A stretch of DNA of 64,000 nt from an uncultured bacterium. GTDB lineage: Bacteria; Chlamydiota; Chlamydiia; Chlamydiales; SM23-39. Location of the stretch: assembly GCA_963716985.1 (NCBI GenBank), contig OY970323.1, positions 1,664,001 through 1,728,000 on the forward strand, read 5' to 3'. A program made the position numbers and the translations under genes. Positions 1 to 8,461 of the stretch are shown here, in pieces. Each line of letters begins with the position of its first letter. The stretch's first letter is position 1. Under the pieces are notes generated by a model that saw nothing but the letters and a program-made list of their open reading frames with translations, was not told where the DNA came from and did no database searches.

Positions 1-1
1 T

Positions 2-232
2 AGAGAATTTCGTGCCGATAAGGGAGGCGCTGTTGTAGCAGGGAAGGAAAAAATGATTTCCGCTCTCAAAACCCTTCGCATCATGCAGGAAATTAAAGAT
101 TCCCGCCTGAAAGAAGCCCCCTCGCTCGCCGCTTTCAAAATTTCCACTCCTGCAAAACGCGGCTTTCTTACACTTTTTGCCACCCATCCTTCTTTGGAAG
201 AGCGTATTGCAAGGTTAGAAAGTCTCGAATGA
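2..232 (+). CDS. htpX: Zinc metalloprotease HtpX, C-terminal part (partial at window edge)
   Basis: Frame from nt 2 reads REFRADKGG...LFATHPSLEERIARLESLE*, the M48/HtpX C-terminal motifs; stop overlaps the mnmA ATG (ATGA). Confidence 0.85.
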   Translation, partial: REFRADKGGAVVAGKEKMISALKTLRIMQEIKDSRLKEAPSLAAFKISTPAKRGFLTLFATHPSLEERIARLESLE

Positions 233-1326
233 AACGGAAAATTGTCGCTGTCGGCATGTCTGGTGGGGTGGATTCTTCTGTCTCTGCACTTCTCTTAAAG
301 AAAGCAGGGTTTGAAGTGTTTGGCCTTTTTATGAAAAATTGGGAAGAAAAGGATGGGAGCTGCACGAGCGCGGCAGATTTTGAAGATGTGGCAAGGGTCT
401 GCCATCTCTTAGACATCCCTTACTATACTCTGAACTTTTGCAAAGAGTATCGCGACCATGTTTTTTCTCCATTTTTAGAAGGATATCAAAAAGGTTTTAC
501 TCCCAACCCCGATATCCTCTGCAACCGCGAAATCAAATTCAACCTCTTCCTCAAAAAGGCAAAAGAGCTGGGCGCCGATTTCTTGGCAACGGGACATTAT
601 GCTCAAAAAGAAGAAAAAGAGGGGCTTTTTTCTCTTTTGAAAGGTGCAGATCTAGAGAAAGATCAAAGCTATTTCATCTACACATTAAATCAAGAAATTC
701 TCAAACATGTGCTCTTTCCCGTAGGACACTTAAAAAAAAGCCAGGTGCGCCAAATAGCAAAAGAGAGTGCTCTTCCCAATGCATCCAAAAAGGATAGCGT
801 GGGGATCTGTTTTATTGGAAAGCGGGATTTTCGCCCCTTTTTAGGGGGATTTATTGGTTTTACTCCCGGCTTTTTCGAAACGCTCGACGGAAAGGTCGTG
901 GGAAAACACGAGGGAGCCGCCCTTTTTACCATCGGGCAGAGAAAGGGCCTCGCAATCGGCGGCAAGGGAGAGGCCTGGTACGTAGTGGGCAAAGACATGT
1001 CCAGAAATGTTGTTATCGTCGCTCAAGGGGAGAATCATGCGGCCCTTTTTGCCGATCGGCTGACCGCTCATCAGCTCTCATGGGTAGAAGGAAAAGCGCC
1101 CTCCCTTCCCTTTGCCTGCAGCTCCAAAATCCGCTATCGTCAAAAGGACCAAAGCTGCACTCTTGATTGCTTCGAAGAGGGAAGAGCATCCGTCTTTTTT
1201 TCCACCCCGCAAAGAGCCATCACCCGGATGCAGTCGATCGTCTTTTACGAGGGTCAAAAATGTTTAGGCGGTGGCGCGATTCAAGAAGCCGGGCCCTCTT
1301 TCCACGTGCAGAAAAAAGAACTCTAA
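229..1326 (+). CDS. mnmA: tRNA-specific 2-thiouridylase
   Basis: SGGVDS PP-loop, PNPDILCNREIKF, ATGHYA, KDQSYF, GICFIG motifs. Confidence 0.97.
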   Translation: MKRKIVAVGMSGGVDSSVSALLLKKAGFEVFGLFMKNWEEKDGSCTSAADFEDVARVCHLLDIPYYTLNFCKEYRDHVFSPFLEGYQKGFTPNPDILCNREIKFNLFLKKAKELGADFLATGHYAQKEEKEGLFSLLKGADLEKDQSYFIYTLNQEILKHVLFPVGHLKKSQVRQIAKESALPNASKKDSVGICFIGKRDFRPFLGGFIGFTPGFFETLDGKVVGKHEGAALFTIGQRKGLAIGGKGEAWYVVGKDMSRNVVIVAQGENHAALFADRLTAHQLSWVEGKAPSLPFACSSKIRYRQKDQSCTLDCFEEGRASVFFSTPQRAITRMQSIVFYEGQKCLGGGAIQEAGPSFHVQKKEL

Positions 1327-1343
1327 AATGAGGCAAAGTTTTA

Positions 1344-2693
1344 CTAACAATTTCGGTTTTTTGCAAGCGAGCGCAATAGGTCCTTGGCATTTTCCAAAGC
1401 CACCATCTTGTCTCCCTCCATTTCAAACACTTCATCGGGCTCGATGCTTTTGCATAAGTGCTGCAAACTCTCTCTTTGCAGAATGATGAAGTCTACCTCG
1501 GACAGCGAGGAGAGCAGTTGAACAAACTGCATATCAGGCAAGGGATCTTTGATATAGATCATGAGTTCATGCTGCTCGCGCGATGATAACTCTCGAATCT
1601 TTTGAAAAAGCAACGTCGTCATCCCAAAAGTGCTATCGACGCCAAGGAGGGTCACCTTCCTGTCCAGCAATACTTGCCTTAAAGCAAAGAGATGGTCTTC
1701 ATCGAAAATCTTATTCTCTCCATGCAGCTCCAACATCCTTCTTGCTACATCGCAAAGAGAAACAGAAACACACCCCACGTGTTCTACGGAAATACCGGCG
1801 GCAATATTTGCTAGATGAACCGCATCGGCCATCTCCAACTGGTTGGCGATCGAAAAAACAGCCATGGCAAGAACGGTATCTCCGGCTCCCGTGACATCCT
1901 TGACCTCTTTGGATTTGACGGGAAAATCAAAACGTTTTCTCTTTTGATCAAAACAAGAAATTCCCTTTTCAGAACGGGTGACCATAAGAAGCTCTGCTTT
2001 CGTGATCTCAAGAAGAATATCTGCAACACTTTCTAAGGATTCTGCAGAAGAGATCTTTGCTGCCTCGTAAGCCTCGGAAAGGTTCGGCTTGATAACGGTC
2101 GCGCCTTTATACTTGGAAAAGTCGGTCCCCTTGGGATCAACAATGACCGGAATGCTTCTTCTCTTTGCCTCCCCTATCACAGTTTCGATGAGAGAACAAG
2201 ATAAAAAACCCTTCCCGTAATCGGAGAGGGCCACCACATCGATTGTTTCCAATAACTGGGGAATTTTTGCAATCACCTTCTTTTCTAAAAGCCTCCCAAG
2301 CAACATGATCTTCTCTCGATCCAAGCGCAAAAGCTGCTGGCTCGCAGCAAGAAGACGATTTTTGATCGGAGTGACGTAATCTTCTTCGATAAAAAGATGG
2401 TGCACATCGGCCCCGGCTCTCTGTAAAAAAGAGAGCAATGCCCTTCCCGCTTCATCATTTCCCCTTCTTCCGACGGCAACAACGCTAGCTCCAAGTGCAA
2501 GCAGGTTCAGAGCAACGTTACCGGCGCCTCCGGGGCTCGATTCCTCCGCTTCCACCTTGAGAACTGCCACGGGAGCTTCGGGAGAAATTCTCGATACACT
2601 TCCTTTCGTATACTGATCCAGCATGAAATCCCCGAGAAGAAGGACTCGTATTTCTTTTAATTGATTAAAAATATTGGACAACTGTTTTACCAT
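1344..2693 (-). CDS. hldE: HldE/RfaE-like heptose-7-phosphate kinase with degenerate C-terminal adenylyltransferase-like domain
   Basis: GDFMLDQY, RISPEAPV, GGAGNVA, SDYGKG, DVTGAGDT PfkB motifs; C-terminal domain lacks the GCFD..H.GH motif. Confidence 0.88.
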   Translation of the reverse strand: MVKQLSNIFNQLKEIRVLLLGDFMLDQYTKGSVSRISPEAPVAVLKVEAEESSPGGAGNVALNLLALGASVVAVGRRGNDEAGRALLSFLQRAGADVHHLFIEEDYVTPIKNRLLAASQQLLRLDREKIMLLGRLLEKKVIAKIPQLLETIDVVALSDYGKGFLSCSLIETVIGEAKRRSIPVIVDPKGTDFSKYKGATVIKPNLSEAYEAAKISSAESLESVADILLEITKAELLMVTRSEKGISCFDQKRKRFDFPVKSKEVKDVTGAGDTVLAMAVFSIANQLEMADAVHLANIAAGISVEHVGCVSVSLCDVARRMLELHGENKIFDEDHLFALRQVLLDRKVTLLGVDSTFGMTTLLFQKIRELSSREQHELMIYIKDPLPDMQFVQLLSSLSEVDFIILQRESLQHLCKSIEPDEVFEMEGDKMVALENAKDLLRSLAKNRNC

Positions 2694-3676
2694 CGTTCAC
2701 TTCTCATAAGATATTCTTGAACATATTCTTTGACCGATTCTTGGATCTCTCTTGTTTGCGCTTGCGGATGAAGAGCAAAATACTTCTGCATATCCGCGCA
2801 GGTATAATTCTGATATTGGGCGGAGATATTTTCCGGAATGTCAATGTACTCAATGTTGGCCTCTTGATTCATCGCGCCAAAAAGAGCTCGCACCAATGCA
2901 TTCCATGTAACCGCCTTTCCTCTGCCCACGTTGAATATTCCACAAAAGTCATTGTTCAAAAATCCCGCGGTCATTTGCACTGCATCTTTCACATAAATAA
3001 AATCCCGGCATTGTTCGCCATCTTTATAGGAGGAATGATTGGATTTGAACAGACGAACCCTGCCCTCTTTTTTGATTTGAAAAAACATATGGAAGATCAT
3101 CGAGGCCATGCGCTGTTTGTGATATTCGTTGGGGCCAAAAACATTAAAATACTTCAAACCGACGGCCTTCCCGAGCAATTTCTGAGAAGAAAGCCAAAGA
3201 TCGAACAGATGCTTGGAATACCCATACATGTTCAAAGGCCGCAAAGCTTCCAGTTGTGATTCATCATCGGAAAATCCCCTCTTCCCATCTCCATATGTGG
3301 CAGCGGAAGATGCGTAGATGAAGCGAATTTCGTTTTCCAAAGCATATTCTGCAAGCTTCACGGAGTAGCGATAATTATTTTCCAAAAGATAATCCGCATT
3401 GTGTTCCGTGGTATCGGAACAGGCGCCAAGATGAATGATGGCAGAAATTTCTTCTTCTCTTCCTTGCAAAAAACGAAAGAGATCTTCTTTTGAGATCAGG
3501 GCCTCAAACTTCTTGCCGACCAGGTTTTTCCATTTTTCGCCGTTTTTCAGATCATCGACAAGCAACAGGTGAAAATAGTTTTGCTCATTGAGGTATTTGA
3601 CAAGGCAAGAACCGATCAATCCGGCCGCCCCGGTGACGACAATCATCTTCTCCTCACCATTCACGTTTTGCCTCAT
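2687..3676 (-). CDS. hldD: ADP-L-glycero-D-manno-heptose 6-epimerase
   Basis: VTGAAGLIGS, HLGACSDTTE, YASSAATYG, PLNMYGYSK, YFNVFGPNEYHK; start placed at the ATGA overlap with the ispE stop. Confidence 0.93.
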   Translation of the reverse strand: MRQNVNGEEKMIVVTGAAGLIGSCLVKYLNEQNYFHLLLVDDLKNGEKWKNLVGKKFEALISKEDLFRFLQGREEEISAIIHLGACSDTTEHNADYLLENNYRYSVKLAEYALENEIRFIYASSAATYGDGKRGFSDDESQLEALRPLNMYGYSKHLFDLWLSSQKLLGKAVGLKYFNVFGPNEYHKQRMASMIFHMFFQIKKEGRVRLFKSNHSSYKDGEQCRDFIYVKDAVQMTAGFLNNDFCGIFNVGRGKAVTWNALVRALFGAMNQEANIEYIDIPENISAQYQNYTCADMQKYFALHPQAQTREIQESVKEYVQEYLMRSERW

Positions 3677-4542
3677 GTGGAACAATACCATTTCTTCTCC
3701 TCTCTTTGACAACCCTTAACGGGATGAAAAACAAACCCGGCTAGCTTTTTCTCTCTTGGCTCTCCAAAACAGAAAAAACACGAGCCGCTTCCGGTCATCA
3801 CAACCCGCTCAAATCCCATTTCCAAAAGTTTTTGCTTGACGTCCCGAAGCCTAGGCTCAACAAAAAAAGCAGCAATCTCTAAATCATTGTAATAAGTAGG
3901 GGAATCTTTCCAAAAGGATTTTAAAAGATTTTCCGGACTTTCTTGCGAAAGAAGAGCCAAATTCACAGAACGATAGACCAGTTGCGTCATCATTCCGAAA
4001 GGAGGAACGGCAAGAGTTGCAGAAAGTGAAAAGGGAATCTTTACACTTTGAATCTTTTCCCCTCTTCCGGTGCAATAGGCAGATCCAGGGGAAAAGAAAA
4101 AGGAAACATCAGAACCAATCTCTGCCCCCAAAGAAGCAAGTTCTCCCTCAGTTAACGCATTGCCGCAAAGCTCATTCAACCCCCATAGAGTAGTGGCCGC
4201 ATTGCTGCTTCCCCCCCCTAAGCCCGCCTGAATCGGGATTCTTTTTTCCAGATGGATCTTCGCAAAAAAAGAAAGCTTGGTCTTTTGTCGAAAAAGAAAA
4301 AGAGCGCGTAAAACAGAGTTGGAAGAATAGTTCTCTAATGAATGCTCGTTGGAAGTAAAGGAATCTTTCTCAGAAAGTTCTATAGAGACCTGATCAAAAA
4401 GATCAATCGCCTGATAAAGAGACGCCACCTCGTGATATCCGTCCGGCCTCTTTGCAAGAACCCGGAAGAAAAGGTTGAGTTTTGCAGGAGAGAAAAGCTT
4501 TAACGAAGCAGCGCTAAAGCTTTTCGCTAAAAGAAAGTTCAT
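3673..4542 (-). CDS. ispE: 4-diphosphocytidyl-2-C-methyl-D-erythritol kinase
   Basis: SPAKLNLF, GYHE, IPIQAGLGGGSSNAA, GSDV, MTGSGS. Confidence 0.95.
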   Translation of the reverse strand: MNFLLAKSFSAASLKLFSPAKLNLFFRVLAKRPDGYHEVASLYQAIDLFDQVSIELSEKDSFTSNEHSLENYSSNSVLRALFLFRQKTKLSFFAKIHLEKRIPIQAGLGGGSSNAATTLWGLNELCGNALTEGELASLGAEIGSDVSFFFSPGSAYCTGRGEKIQSVKIPFSLSATLAVPPFGMMTQLVYRSVNLALLSQESPENLLKSFWKDSPTYYNDLEIAAFFVEPRLRDVKQKLLEMGFERVVMTGSGSCFFCFGEPREKKLAGFVFHPVKGCQREEKKWYCST

Positions 4543-5021
4543 GCGCCTAGATGAGATGGTTCGACTTTTTCCGCTTCAGCAGCCACTTTTAAATGAATGG
4601 TTACCGTGACCCCCTCTTTGAGCTTCAATAGAACGTCATGCATGCCAAGCTCTTTGATGGGCTTCTTTAGATGAATATTCTTTTTCTCAATAGGAAACTC
4701 TCCTTCCGGAAAAAGAGAAAGAATATCTTGCGCAGATACAGAACCATACATCTTGCCTTCGGGATCTACCTTGACATGGGCCGTCAATGTAATATCTGTC
4801 AAACGGCTGGCCAATTCTTCCGCTTCTTTTTTGTCTAGCACAGCTCTATGAGCTCTTTCTTCTTTGAGCTTTTCCTGCATGCGCAGAGTATGTTTTCCGG
4901 GATGTATTCCTTTTTTTTGAGGAAGAAGGAAATTTCGAGCATAGCCGGTACGTACGGAGACAATCTCTCCGCTTCTTCCTAAATCATCAACATCTGCTAT
5001 TAGTAAAACATTCGTTCTCAT
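4539..5021 (-). CDS. rplI: 50S ribosomal protein L9
   Basis: LGRSGEIVSVRTGYARNFLLP, GKMYGSV, PIKELG. Confidence 0.97.
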   Translation of the reverse strand: MRTNVLLIADVDDLGRSGEIVSVRTGYARNFLLPQKKGIHPGKHTLRMQEKLKEERAHRAVLDKKEAEELASRLTDITLTAHVKVDPEGKMYGSVSAQDILSLFPEGEFPIEKKNIHLKKPIKELGMHDVLLKLKEGVTVTIHLKVAAEAEKVEPSHLGA

Positions 5022-5028
5022 GGCAGCC

Positions 5029-5316
5029 TCAATCTTCGGTTACGAAGGGTAGAAGAGCCATATAGCGGGCTCTTTTAATTGCCTTCTTTAAAATTTGTTG
5101 ATGAAAAAAAGATACGCCCGTAATACGCCTTGGCAAAATCTTTCCTCTTTCCGTAATGAACTGCTTCAAAGTTTCTATGTCTTTATAGTCAATCGCTTTC
5201 ACGTTGGACGCCGTAAAGGGACACTCCTTTTTCTTCTTTACAAATCCCCCTTCCGGCCCGGAAGCGGATGATGGTTTTTTAAAATCAGATGAATATGATG
5301 GTCCTTTTCCAAACAT
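5029..5316 (-). CDS. rpsR: 30S ribosomal protein S18
   Basis: [26 protein letters not shown]...[13 protein letters not shown]. Confidence 0.97.
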   Translation of the reverse strand: MFGKGPSYSSDFKKPSSASGPEGGFVKKKKECPFTASNVKAIDYKDIETLKQFITERGKILPRRITGVSFFHQQILKKAIKRARYMALLPFVTED

Positions 5317-5321
5317 TGCCG

Positions 5322-5669
5322 TTACCTCTCCATGGGTTTGAGTGGTTTGAATTCCAAAGTCTCTAAAATCTTTTCCGTTCGCATCGTCATAAATCGAAGA
5401 AGATCTTCATGAAGCTGATAATCCTTGATCAGTTCTTTATGCTTGAGTGAGGGAAGGGAAAAATAGAGGAGATAGTAAAAGCCTTCTCTCTTGCCTCTGA
5501 TTTCATAAGCGAGGCGTCTTCTTCCTTGATCATGAGTCTTATGGATCTCGCCCCCTCTTTCGACAATGCCGTTTGTGATCTTATCCAAAGCTCTCTTTCT
5601 AGCTTCTTCACTAAGGGTTGCATTAATAATGTACATTCCCTCGTAAAGATACTTTCTTTCTTTTTTCAT
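5322..5669 (-). CDS. rpsF: 30S ribosomal protein S6
   Basis: [16 protein letters not shown]...GFYYL; native ATG at 5669. The ORF track's extra 16 N-terminal codons come from the inserted element. Confidence 0.95.
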   Translation of the reverse strand: MKKERKYLYEGMYIINATLSEEARKRALDKITNGIVERGGEIHKTHDQGRRRLAYEIRGKREGFYYLLYFSLPSLKHKELIKDYQLHEDLLRFMTMRTEKILETLEFKPLKPMER

Positions 5670-5738
5670 CCTATTGACAGCGCGGAAACCCACTCCTTTA
5701 GGGGTGGGAGGAAGCACTGCTCCTTTGTTGTTAAGTTT

Positions 5739-5762
5739 AAAAACGGGGGGATTTCTCCCCCC
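5739..5762 (-). terminator. Intrinsic terminator-like hairpin 3' of the omega-RNA
   Basis: Minus strand GGGGGGA-GAAA-TCCCCCC-GTTTTT. Confidence 0.7.
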
Positions 5763-6017
5763 TAGCAGTTACCTGCAATCTCCGATTTCCCGGGTAAAGT
5801 TCCCCTCGCCAAAGTTATGGAGCGGTTTATATGTTAGCAGCACTGGTTTAACCCGTAAGCCTGTTTAACCACTAACCGCAGGATCCAGAACTGGGGTGGC
5901 ATTCCGGAGTGCCTATATATTCGCTCCTAACGTAGTCTCTAAATACGCAAGAGACTGAGGCTGGTCAACTTCAGGCCTGATTTCTCAAGCCTTTCCCTTC
6001 AGGGAAGGGTGGTTGAC
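5763..6017 (-). ncRNA. HEARO / omega-RNA (IscB guide RNA scaffold), orphan
   Basis: Motifs in the expected order: GTCAAC..GTTGACCAGCCTCAG, GACTACGTTAGGAGCG, ATAGGCACTCCGGAATGCCACCCCAGTTCTGGA, CTGCGG, GGTTAAACAG, CAGTGCTGC, AAACCGCTCCATAACTTTGGCGAGGGGAACTTTACC. Pairings GGAGCG/CGCTCC, AGTCTCT/AGAGACT and CCCC/GGGG are intact. The 3' limit is approximate. Confidence 0.88.
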
Positions 6018-6036
6018 TCGTCATTCCTCTTTCTAA

Positions 6037-6636
6037 CTAAATTTTTTTACGAGACCTATTGGCTCGATTCATTGCTTGCACAACTCCCTCTCTCAGCCAT
6101 AATGCAATGATCTCTACAGCCTCTTCCAAAATCCATGGAAGCGCTCTTTCCTCATCTTGGCTAAAGGGAGCCAACACATATTCCTCCAAACTTCCCTCTT
6201 CTCGCGGTCCGATGCCTAAGCGAAGCCTCGCATATGCATCACATCCTAAATGCATTTCAACACTTTGCAGACCCTTGTGGCCCCCGCACCCGCTATGTTC
6301 TTTCAGTCGAAATTCCCCAAAAGAGATATCCACATCATCCACAACCACAAGTAGCCGGCTCATCTCGATCTTAAAATAATCCATTCCACATCGGACCGCC
6401 TCCCCGCTCAAGTTCATGTAGGTCTCGGGCACGAGCAGAAAAACATTTTTTTCTTCGATTTTTCCGTTGGCTTGCAATCCCTTCAACTTGGGGGATTTTT
6501 TAAAACTCCAACCCCATTTCTTTGCAAAAGCTCCTACTGCCAGAAACCCCATATTGTGGCGCGTCTTCTCATACTCTTTTCCAGGGTTGCCAAGTCCTAT
6601 AATCAAGTAGTTAGAAGAAATCACCATCTCATGCAC
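6037..6636 (-). CDS. pth: Peptidyl-tRNA hydrolase
   Basis: LIIGLGNPG..YEKTRHNMGF, TYMNLSGEAV, GGHKGL, RLRLGIG. Confidence 0.97.
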   Translation of the reverse strand: MHEMVISSNYLIIGLGNPGKEYEKTRHNMGFLAVGAFAKKWGWSFKKSPKLKGLQANGKIEEKNVFLLVPETYMNLSGEAVRCGMDYFKIEMSRLLVVVDDVDISFGEFRLKEHSGCGGHKGLQSVEMHLGCDAYARLRLGIGPREEGSLEEYVLAPFSQDEERALPWILEEAVEIIALWLREGVVQAMNRANRSRKKI

Positions 6637-7192
6637 GCGGCTTTGTCACAAGAGCAACGACTTCTTGCATCTGTGCTAAGGACTTTACGCCTTTTGGAAG
6701 GACAATGTCTTTGACTCTTTTTGTATGTCCCAATTCTAAATGGGCCACATCGATCTGAAACGCTCCAGGAATGTCCTTTGGCAGACAGCTCACCCTAATC
6801 GATCGCATCGTCTGTCTCAAGAGTCCGCCCACCTTCACGCCAACGCAAGCCTCTTCCCCAACGCATTCGATAGGGACGGCAACTCTAACTTCCTTTTTTG
6901 GGGAAAGTTTTTCAAAATCCAGATGGATCACTTCATAACTCGTCACATCATATTGAATTTCTTTCACGATCGCCGAAAACGTTTCCTTTTCACTTTTCAA
7001 AGTAAACACGGTCGTCGACAAACGTCCCTTTTGCATCTCGTTCAAAATTTTATTAAAATCATGAGCGCTGAGCGAAATATTCTCATTTTCTTGGCCCTTA
7101 GCATAAATGATCGCTGGAATAGATCCTTGAATGCGAAGCTTTTTAATATCGCTTTTACCGGCTCTTTTTCGGTGAAATATTGCAAGTTCCAT
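6629..7192 (-). CDS. rplY: 50S ribosomal protein L25/general stress protein Ctc
   Basis: LRIQGSIPAIIY, HLDF, GVKVGG; lies between prs and pth. Confidence 0.95.
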   Translation of the reverse strand: MELAIFHRKRAGKSDIKKLRIQGSIPAIIYAKGQENENISLSAHDFNKILNEMQKGRLSTTVFTLKSEKETFSAIVKEIQYDVTSYEVIHLDFEKLSPKKEVRVAVPIECVGEEACVGVKVGGLLRQTMRSIRVSCLPKDIPGAFQIDVAHLELGHTKRVKDIVLPKGVKSLAQMQEVVALVTKPRA

Positions 7193-7280
7193 TTCTTCTC
7201 CTGCTCTGTTTACTTTACATCGAATGGATTATTTTAAACGTCAGCGCCCTTTTGCGAAAGCAAAAAAGATCTTTTTTTCT

Positions 7281-8222
7281 TCAAAGCTGCCCTCTTTGAT
7301 ACAGAGAGGAAAGAGATTTTGCCTGCACAATGCATTCAATGGCCCCCGCAAACATCGACCCAACCGATAGAATTTCCACATTTTTCGAATGATTTTTATA
7401 TGGGATCGTATTGGTGGTAATAAATTTTTCTATGTCTCGCGACATTTGAGGATTGTCAGAAAAAGGACCGTGAACCACAGCCGCCGCAATCCTTTGCGCC
7501 CCCCTTTTTCTGCATATTTCTGCTGATAATGAAAGAGTTGCACCCGTCGACCAGATATCATCTACAATCACGGCATCTTTGCCCTCCACGTCCCCGATCA
7601 AGGCATTCATCTCCACGCGTTTTTCGTCCAACCGTCTTTTGTCTATGATCGCCACATCCCAGCCAAGCCATTCGGCAACTCTCATAGAAAGTTTTTTACT
7701 CCCCACGTCGGGCGCAACAATCACCCCCTTCCGGAAAGACAATTTTTGAATCCCTTCAGCCAAAAAAGGCAAAGCATGCAGATGGTCGAGTGGAATATCA
7801 AAAAAACCTTGAATCTGATCGGAGTGCAAATCCATCGTCATCACCCTGGTACATCCCGCCCTTTGCAAGAGATCGGCCACCAGTTTTGCTGTAATCGGAA
7901 CACGCCCCTTGTCCTTGCGATCCTGTCTGCCATATCCATAGTAAGGGATCACTGCAACAATGGTTCTTGCCGATGCCCTTTTGAGGGCATCAATCATGAT
8001 GAGCAGCTCCATGAAATAATGGTTGGGCCGCAAAGCAATGGTCTGGATCACGAACACATCTTTATTGCGAACGCTTTCCAGAATCTGTATGCCCGTTTCT
8101 TTGTCGGGATAGGTTTTGATCTGCACTTTTCCAAGGGATTTCCCTAAGACAGCGGCGATTTCCTCAGCCAATGAGGAATGGGAAGAGAGAGAAAAAAGAA
8201 CCGTAGACTCGTTTTGAGTCAT
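7281..8222 (-). CDS. prs: Ribose-phosphate pyrophosphokinase
   Basis: [42 protein letters not shown]. Confidence 0.95.
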   Translation of the reverse strand: MTQNESTVLFSLSSHSSLAEEIAAVLGKSLGKVQIKTYPDKETGIQILESVRNKDVFVIQTIALRPNHYFMELLIMIDALKRASARTIVAVIPYYGYGRQDRKDKGRVPITAKLVADLLQRAGCTRVMTMDLHSDQIQGFFDIPLDHLHALPFLAEGIQKLSFRKGVIVAPDVGSKKLSMRVAEWLGWDVAIIDKRRLDEKRVEMNALIGDVEGKDAVIVDDIWSTGATLSLSAEICRKRGAQRIAAAVVHGPFSDNPQMSRDIEKFITTNTIPYKNHSKNVEILSVGSMFAGAIECIVQAKSLSSLYQRGQL

Positions 8223-8240
8223 AAAAACCGCAAGGGAAAT

Positions 8241-8312
8241 TTGGGGTGGAAGGATTCGAACCTCCGCATGGCGGGACCAAAACCCGCTGCCTTACCGCTT
8301 GGCGACACCCCA
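8241..8312 (-). tRNA. tRNA-Gln (anticodon TTG)
   Basis: Minus strand TGGGGTGTCGCCAAGCGGTAAGGCAGCGGGTTTTGGTCCCGCCATGCGGAGGTTCGAATCCTTCCACCCCAA forms a cloverleaf with a GGTTCGAATCC T-loop. Confidence 0.96.
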
Positions 8313-8461
8313 ATTTTTATTAAACGGAAACGATAAAATTGTACCTATTCTAACAGGGCACGAGAATTATTTCAAGGATCTCCTCGCTAGTCAAGGCTTT
8401 AGGGATTGCGCAAAAAGGACCTTTCTGTTTTTACTACAAAAAGAAGGAAGAGGAGATTTTT

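Larger units (their letters stand above)
5670..6017 (-). mobile_element. Non-autonomous IS200/IS605-type (IscB-lineage) element with no ORF
   Basis: Begins GTCAACCACCCTTCCCTGAAGGGAAAGGCTTG and ends TTCCTCCCACCCCTAAAGGAGTGGGTTTCCGCGCTGTCAATAGG followed by ATGA. Both ends carry IS200/605-style subterminal hairpins, there is no target duplication, and removal rejoins SD AGAGGA-7 nt-ATG of rpsF. Confidence 0.88.

Noticed and set aside
5670..6017. Group I intron / IStron or S6:S18 leader interpretation of the pth-rpsF insert
   Set aside because: I could not identify group I core elements, and the motif series and ends fit an IscB-type omega-RNA element. Splicing is left only as a testable possibility.
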